From: an uncultured virus (IMG/VR IMGVR_UViG_3300013004_000029)
Lineage: Duplodnaviria > Heunggongvirae > Uroviricota > Caudoviricetes
DNA: 20,000 nt
Virus record (IMG/VR): IMGVR_UViG_3300013004_000029
Strand: one strand, 5' to 3'
Below the pieces are notes generated by a model. That model ran no database searches. It saw nothing but the letters and a program-made list of their open reading frames with translations, and was not told the DNA's origin. A program made the position numbers and the translations under genes. Numbering within the stretch: position 1 is the stretch's first letter; every line of letters begins with the position of its first letter. This document shows, in pieces, positions 17,145 through 20,000 of this stretch.

Positions 17145-17166
17145 AACCTTACGATATTGTAAGGTT
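17145..17166. promoter_or_regulatory. Operator-like palindrome AACCTTAC-N6-GTAAGGTT
   Basis: Perfect 8-bp arms just upstream of a -35 box; second copy at 18827-18846. Confidence 0.6.
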
Positions 17167-17201
17167 CAAGCTATTGACACTCATAAGCCGATAAGTATAA
17201 T
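17166..17201 (+). promoter_or_regulatory. Sigma70 promoter interleaved with a sigma28-like element
   Basis: TTGACA(17174)-N16-TATAAT(17196) and TCAAG(17166)-N16-GCCGATAA(17187). Confidence 0.8.
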
Positions 17202-17230
17202 AGGGACAACACGAGAGGAAAGGAAAAAAG

Positions 17231-17380
17231 ATGACGATTCAAGTGCAAAACACAGTTCGCCGGTTGGTTGCTCGTCACGGATATTCGGCTACGTTTGTTC
17301 GCCATATGGGCGAAGGTATCTGCCTGTATAGCATTGGTGGTATTTTCTATCGTATTCGTGGTGACGGTACGATCCTCTAA
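17231..17380 (+). CDS. Hypothetical protein, 49 aa (MTIQVQNTVRRLVARHGYS...DGTIL)
   Basis: Not in the ORF track. AAGGA RBS; it fills the gap between two promoters exactly. Confidence 0.7.
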   Translation: MTIQVQNTVRRLVARHGYSATFVRHMGEGICLYSIGGIFYRIRGDGTIL

Positions 17381-17394
17381 ACAAGCGTACAGTA

Positions 17395-17422
17395 TTGACT
17401 CGCTAGAATAATTCGCTACAAT
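17395..17422 (+). promoter_or_regulatory. Sigma70 promoter
   Basis: TTGACT-N16-TACAAT. Confidence 0.7.
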
Positions 17423-17445
17423 ACAAGCACACAAAGGAAAAGAAA

Positions 17446-17646
17446 ATGATCAAGCACAACAACAACCTGAGTAAGATTTTCGCTGCTATGACCGCTGGTA
17501 AGTATATCGGGGTGATCGACCCCAAGGGTAATGCTCACTGCGGATTGGTGAATAGCATCATGAGGGAAGACGGTAGCGGAAAGAATTGGATCGTGACGAT
17601 CAGTAATCGCTGTGTGAATGAGAAAGTTTTTATTCATGCCTGCTAG
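17446..17646 (+). CDS. Hypothetical protein (66 aa)
   Basis: AAAGGA RBS and own promoter. Confidence 0.7.
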   Translation: MIKHNNNLSKIFAAMTAGKYIGVIDPKGNAHCGLVNSIMREDGSGKNWIVTISNRCVNEKVFIHAC

Positions 17647-17649
17647 GGC

Positions 17650-17678
17650 TTGACTGTGCAGAATCCATAGTGTAGAAT
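17650..17678 (+). promoter_or_regulatory. Sigma70 promoter
   Basis: TTGACT-N17-TAGAAT. Confidence 0.75.
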
Positions 17679-17696
17679 ACCGAAAAGGAGTTACTC

Positions 17697-17798
17697 ATGA
17701 TCAGCCTGATTATTGACCTGTGCTTCGCTTCTGCGATTACCATTCTTCTGTTCTTTGTGTTTCGAGATATCGAAACATTCTACAATAAGCATATGTGA
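17697..17798 (+). CDS. Small membrane protein, 33 aa (MISLIIDLCFASAITILLFFVFRDIETFYNKHM)
   Basis: Not in the ORF track. AAGGAG RBS, one hydrophobic helix, stop 2 nt before repeat copy 3. Confidence 0.7.
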   Translation: MISLIIDLCFASAITILLFFVFRDIETFYNKHM

Positions 17799-17800
17799 CC

Positions 17801-17878
17801 TAAGTGGTTACGACATAAGCACTTACGAATAGGCGGGCGGGCCGCATTCGTTGTAAGTTGTTTTGCAGCAGGGGGTTA
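17801..17878. repeat. Double-palindrome element, copy 3
   Basis: TAAGT-N15-ACTTA-N28 (GGCGGGCGGGCCGC core)-TAAGT-N15-GGTTA. Confidence 0.9.
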
Positions 17879-17887
17879 CGACAATAC

Positions 17888-17904
17888 AGCAATCTGTGTG
17901 CCAA
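17888..17904 (-). promoter_or_regulatory. Sigma54 -24/-12 match
   Basis: Minus strand TTGGCAC-ACAGA-TTGCT, matching TGGCAC-N5-TTGCW. Confidence 0.65.
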
Positions 17905-17967
17905 ACTGATCAAAAAACCAGAAAAGTTTTGTCAAAATTTCTTGACACAAAAATTCGGATTTTTCTC

Positions 17968-18004
17968 TTGCAGACTCAAGTAGGGGATGGTATAATGTCG
18001 ATAT
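17968..18004 (+). promoter_or_regulatory. Sigma70 promoter (extended -10) with overlapping sigma28-like element
   Basis: TTGCAG-N17-TATAAT with TGn extension; TCAAG(17976)-N16-GTCGATAT(17997). Confidence 0.75.
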
Positions 18005-18035
18005 AAGAAGTAAGAGAGAAAGAGAGAGAAGAAAA

Positions 18036-18257
18036 ATGAGAAAGCCTCCGAAGACTTCGACGATCAAGGGTAAGATCAACGCCTACGCCTATAAGTGTGG
18101 CTTTACGTTCCACCCCCAGACGGATGGGACGTATGCTCTGTTCGACATTCACATGGGATACTACGTTTGCCGTGGTTCGCATGATAGGGTTGTGCAGTTC
18201 GTGGTAGATGAGTTGTGGGCCAAGTATTACCGGCTCAACAATGCGTATTCTGCCTAA
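18036..18257 (+). CDS. Hypothetical protein (73 aa)
   Basis: Directly downstream of the promoter and a long purine-rich leader. Confidence 0.7.
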   Translation: MRKPPKTSTIKGKINAYAYKCGFTFHPQTDGTYALFDIHMGYYVCRGSHDRVVQFVVDELWAKYYRLNNAYSA

Positions 18258-18273
18258 TGCTCGAAAGGAAACC

Positions 18274-18372
18274 ATGACGATTCTCGACTACTTGACTCTG
18301 TTTGGCCTCTTGACTGCTTGTGCATTCGTGACGTATACTGTGCATGAAGTTGGTAACGCTATCCACGATTGA
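18274..18372 (+). CDS. Small membrane protein, 32 aa (MTILDYLTLFGLLTACAFVTYTVHEVGNAIHD)
   Basis: Not in the ORF track. AAAGGA RBS and one hydrophobic helix. Confidence 0.65.
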   Translation: MTILDYLTLFGLLTACAFVTYTVHEVGNAIHD

Positions 18373-18397
18373 CTCAACGATTATTGAAAGGGAAAAG

Positions 18398-18697
18398 ATG
18401 ACACACTCCGAAGCGGTTGCTCTGGTTCGCGGTAAGACTAATCGAGATACTCGCAAGGTTGGCAACAACACCTATGCCTATATCCAAGCGGATGGCAGCG
18501 TTGCCATCGAGTTGCATGGCACGAATGTTGTGGTAATCTATCCCGACAATACTGCGATGCTCAATAGTGGCGGATGGCATACGCACACCACGAAGAAGCG
18601 TATCAACCAGTATTCACCCGTACACGTATACCAGAAGAACTACGAATGGTACCTGAACGACGGTACACCATTCGAGGATCGTATGATCGTGGGTTGA
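18398..18697 (+). CDS. Hypothetical phage protein (99 aa)
   Basis: Probable start is ATG 18398 after GAAAGGGAAAAG. The motif 'LHGTNV...LNSGGWHTHTTKKRIN' looks like uncharacterised phage proteins; no family name assigned. Confidence 0.75.
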   Translation: MTHSEAVALVRGKTNRDTRKVGNNTYAYIQADGSVAIELHGTNVVVIYPDNTAMLNSGGWHTHTTKKRINQYSPVHVYQKNYEWYLNDGTPFEDRMIVG

Positions 18698-18699
18698 CG

Positions 18700-18777
18700 C
18701 AAAGCCTTGCCAGCAAAGAACTTGCGGCGAGGCGGGCGGGCCGCGCTAGACGTAAGTGCTTATACTGCAACAACTTA
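18700..18777. repeat. Double-palindrome element, copy 4
   Basis: CAAAG-N15-ACTTG-N28 (GGCGGGCGGGCCGC core)-TAAGT-N15-ACTTA. Confidence 0.85.
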
Positions 18778-18804
18778 TGTCCTACCTAATGAAATCGGTT
18801 AGAA

Positions 18805-18820
18805 TGGCACGGTACTTGCT
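18805..18820 (+). promoter_or_regulatory. Sigma54 -24/-12 match
   Basis: TGGCAC-GGTAC-TTGCT. Confidence 0.7.
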
Positions 18821-18826
18821 GTGCGT

Positions 18827-18846
18827 AACCTTACGAGATTGTAAGG
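18827..18846. promoter_or_regulatory. Operator-like palindrome CCTTAC-N6-GTAAGG, copy 2
   Basis: AACCTTACGAGATTGTAAGG; 19 of 20 positions identical to 17145-17164. Confidence 0.6.
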
Positions 18847-18857
18847 AAATTTTTGTG

Positions 18858-18893
18858 TTGACACTCAAGATAGGGTTGGTATAATGCCGATAT
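18858..18893 (+). promoter_or_regulatory. Sigma70 promoter with overlapping sigma28-like element
   Basis: TTGACA-N16-TATAAT with TGn extension; TCAAG(18865)-N16-GCCGATAT(18886). Confidence 0.85.
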
Positions 18894-18916
18894 AAGAGAA
18901 AGAGGAGATGAGAGCA

Positions 18917-19099
18917 ATGAGTGGTGTGAAGGTTGGTGATGTGGTTGAGGTGAAAAGCCTTGACGGTATGCGAAAGTGTGGTATTGTAGAGCAAATCATT
19001 GGGGGAAACTTTCGGATTCGTCTTTCTGGACAGTACGGATATGGTGATTGGTTCTCGGGTGGTGAAATCGTATCTCACGCAAAACTGGGCAAAAAGTAA
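18917..19099 (+). CDS. Small hypothetical protein, SH3/KOW-like pattern
   Basis: 'VKVGDVVEVKS...GIVEQI'. GAGGAG favours ATG 18917; the ORF track starts at 18908. Confidence 0.65.
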   Translation: MSGVKVGDVVEVKSLDGMRKCGIVEQIIGGNFRIRLSGQYGYGDWFSGGEIVSHAKLGKK

Positions 19100-19111
19100 G
19101 GAATAGGTAAT

Positions 19112-19297
19112 ATGTACGAACTTGGCGACAAGGTGAAGATCAAGAGCATGAATCCCCAAGTGGTGGGGGAAATCGTCCTGTGGCATTATGACGAAGGAAA
19201 CGTCTGGACGGTCGAACTGAGCGATGGTAGGCATGAGGATTTTGGTGACCATGATTTGAGTCCGGTGTGTGATGCCTATGGACACTCTTGGGCTTGA
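19112..19297 (+). CDS. Small hypothetical protein, SH3/KOW-like pattern
   Basis: 'YELGDKVKIK...GEIV...WTVELSDG...FGDHDL'; TAAGG-containing leader. Confidence 0.65.
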   Translation: MYELGDKVKIKSMNPQVVGEIVLWHYDEGNVWTVELSDGRHEDFGDHDLSPVCDAYGHSWA

Positions 19298-19322
19298 CAC
19301 GACCAAAAACTTTTGATAGAAT
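19294..19322 (+). promoter_or_regulatory. Sigma70 promoter
   Basis: TTGACA-N17-TAGAAT with TGn; the upstream gene's TGA stop lies inside the -35 box. Confidence 0.8.
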
Positions 19323-19346
19323 CTTGGAAAAGAAAGAGAGAAGAAG

Positions 19347-19562
19347 ATGTTCAAGAAGTTTGTAGATGCTAAGGCTAGGATTTGGGGTGATGAGGCTCAT
19401 GCCTGTACGATTGTTTATGAGGTTGCAAAGGGTAAGTTTTACGCTGAGTGTGATTCGATCCTTGAGACGAGGGTTCTCAATGAGAAGAATTACGAAGAAG
19501 TGTTGAACGATATGTTTTACGATTACTGTGTTGAAAATGCTTCCTACATGGGTGTTTCCTGA
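19347..19562 (+). CDS. Hypothetical protein (71 aa)
   Basis: Own promoter and purine-rich leader. Confidence 0.7.
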   Translation: MFKKFVDAKARIWGDEAHACTIVYEVAKGKFYAECDSILETRVLNEKNYEEVLNDMFYDYCVENASYMGVS

Positions 19563-19580
19563 CAATCCGAAAGGGAAATT

Positions 19581-19796
19581 ATGAATGATGCAGAAATCGA
19601 AATGTGGGCAACTTTGTTGATTTGGACAATTGGTGCTATTGTATTCGGATCGACAGTTGTATGGTGGATTTTCTTACGGGCTTTTAAGCTAATCGACGAC
19701 TATCTTCAAGATAGGTATTATGCTAAAATGGGGTGGAAGAAGATGAAAGATGATAGTGGGAAGACTTGGTATGTAGGATACGGGGATTGGCCGTAA
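19581..19796 (+). CDS. Small single-pass membrane protein (71 aa)
   Basis: Hydrophobic 'WATLLIWTIGAIVFGSTVVWWIFL'; GAAAGGGA RBS. The stop TAA forms the first bases of repeat copy 5. Confidence 0.7.
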   Translation: MNDAEIEMWATLLIWTIGAIVFGSTVVWWIFLRAFKLIDDYLQDRYYAKMGWKKMKDDSGKTWYVGYGDWP

Positions 19797-19871
19797 ACTA
19801 TTGTGAAATAAAGACTTAGAACAAGCCCGGCGGGCAAAATTTGCTGTAAGTGGTTATGAGACAAAGACTTA
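19794..19871. repeat. Double-palindrome element, copy 5
   Basis: TAAAC-N15-ACTTA-N28 (GCCCGGCGGGC core)-TAAGT-N15-ACTTA. Confidence 0.9.
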
Positions 19872-19880
19872 GGACTAATT

Positions 19881-19897
19881 AGCAAATGGTGTGCCAA
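19881..19897 (-). promoter_or_regulatory. Sigma54 -24/-12 match
   Basis: Minus strand TTGGCAC-ACCAT-TTGCT. Confidence 0.65.
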
Positions 19898-19960
19898 TTG
19901 CTCAAACAATAAGCAAAAGTTTTGTCAAAATCTCTTGACACAAAAATTTCTGGATTTTGC

Positions 19961-19997
19961 TTGAAAGCTCAAGAATCGTCTGGTATAATGTCGATAT
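19961..19997 (+). promoter_or_regulatory. Sigma70 promoter (extended -10) with overlapping sigma28-like element
   Basis: TTGAAA-N17-TATAAT with TGn; TCAAG(19969)-N16-GTCGATAT(19990). Confidence 0.75.
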
Positions 19998-20000
19998 AAG

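Larger units (their letters stand above)
17888..18007 (+). repeat. About 120 bp regulatory block duplicated at 19881-20000
   Basis: Shared in the same order: AGCAA..GTGTGCCAA, AAAAGTTTTGTCAAAATyTCTTGACACAAAAATT, CTCAAG, TGGTATAATGTCGATATAAG. Confidence 0.85.

Noticed and set aside
17060..17148. Canonical integron attC sites
   Set aside because: Copy 2 has CTAAC...GTTAACC, but the RYYYAAC/GTTRRRY boxes are not conserved across the other copies and no integrase is in the window.
16421..19851. Repeat hairpins as Rho-independent terminators
   Set aside because: No consistent U-tract follows the stems, and several stems are imperfect.
16401..19871. CRISPR array
   Set aside because: The repeats are degenerate and separated by 0.6-1.0 kb of coding DNA; no cas genes in the window.
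16476..19909. Minus-strand ORFs in the early-like region, and plus-strand 18574-18789
   Set aside because: Sigma70 promoters and RBSs all support the plus-strand small ORFs. These alternatives run through promoters and repeats.
1..20000. tRNA/rRNA genes or a recoded genetic code
   Set aside because: No cloverleaf was recognised in the short intergenic gaps, and conserved genes are full length under the standard code. tRNAscan-SE would be needed to confirm.

Overview
A fragment of a large tailed dsDNA phage (Caudoviricetes-like) genome, probably infecting a Planctomycetota host; the host is inferred from a 'LGIENLESRTLLS' N-terminal motif on its S8 protease. It has three blocks. (1) 130-10748, minus strand: head morphogenesis and packaging (major capsid, decoration protein, prohead protease/scaffold, portal, large terminase, ERCC4 and HNH nucleases, a candidate small terminase, a sigma-70-like factor), with a GDP-mannose 4,6-dehydratase embedded among them. 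(2) 10909-16303, plus strand: an HTH protein, GlmS, GDP-L-fucose synthase, a GNA1-like acetyltransferase, a secreted low-complexity protein and a subtilisin. (3) 16400-20000: a more GC-rich modular 'early-like' region of small ORFs. This third block is the most unusual part. It is partitioned by five copies of a 77-78 bp double-palindrome element (TAAGT-N15-ACTTA-N28-TAAGT-N15-ACTTA), four of which start at or within 2 nt of a stop codon. It also holds nine sigma70-type promoters, four to five sigma28-like TCAAG-N16-GYCGATAW elements, three sigma54 -24/-12 matches and two families of operator-like palindromes. All protein calls come from reading motifs by eye; no database search was run.
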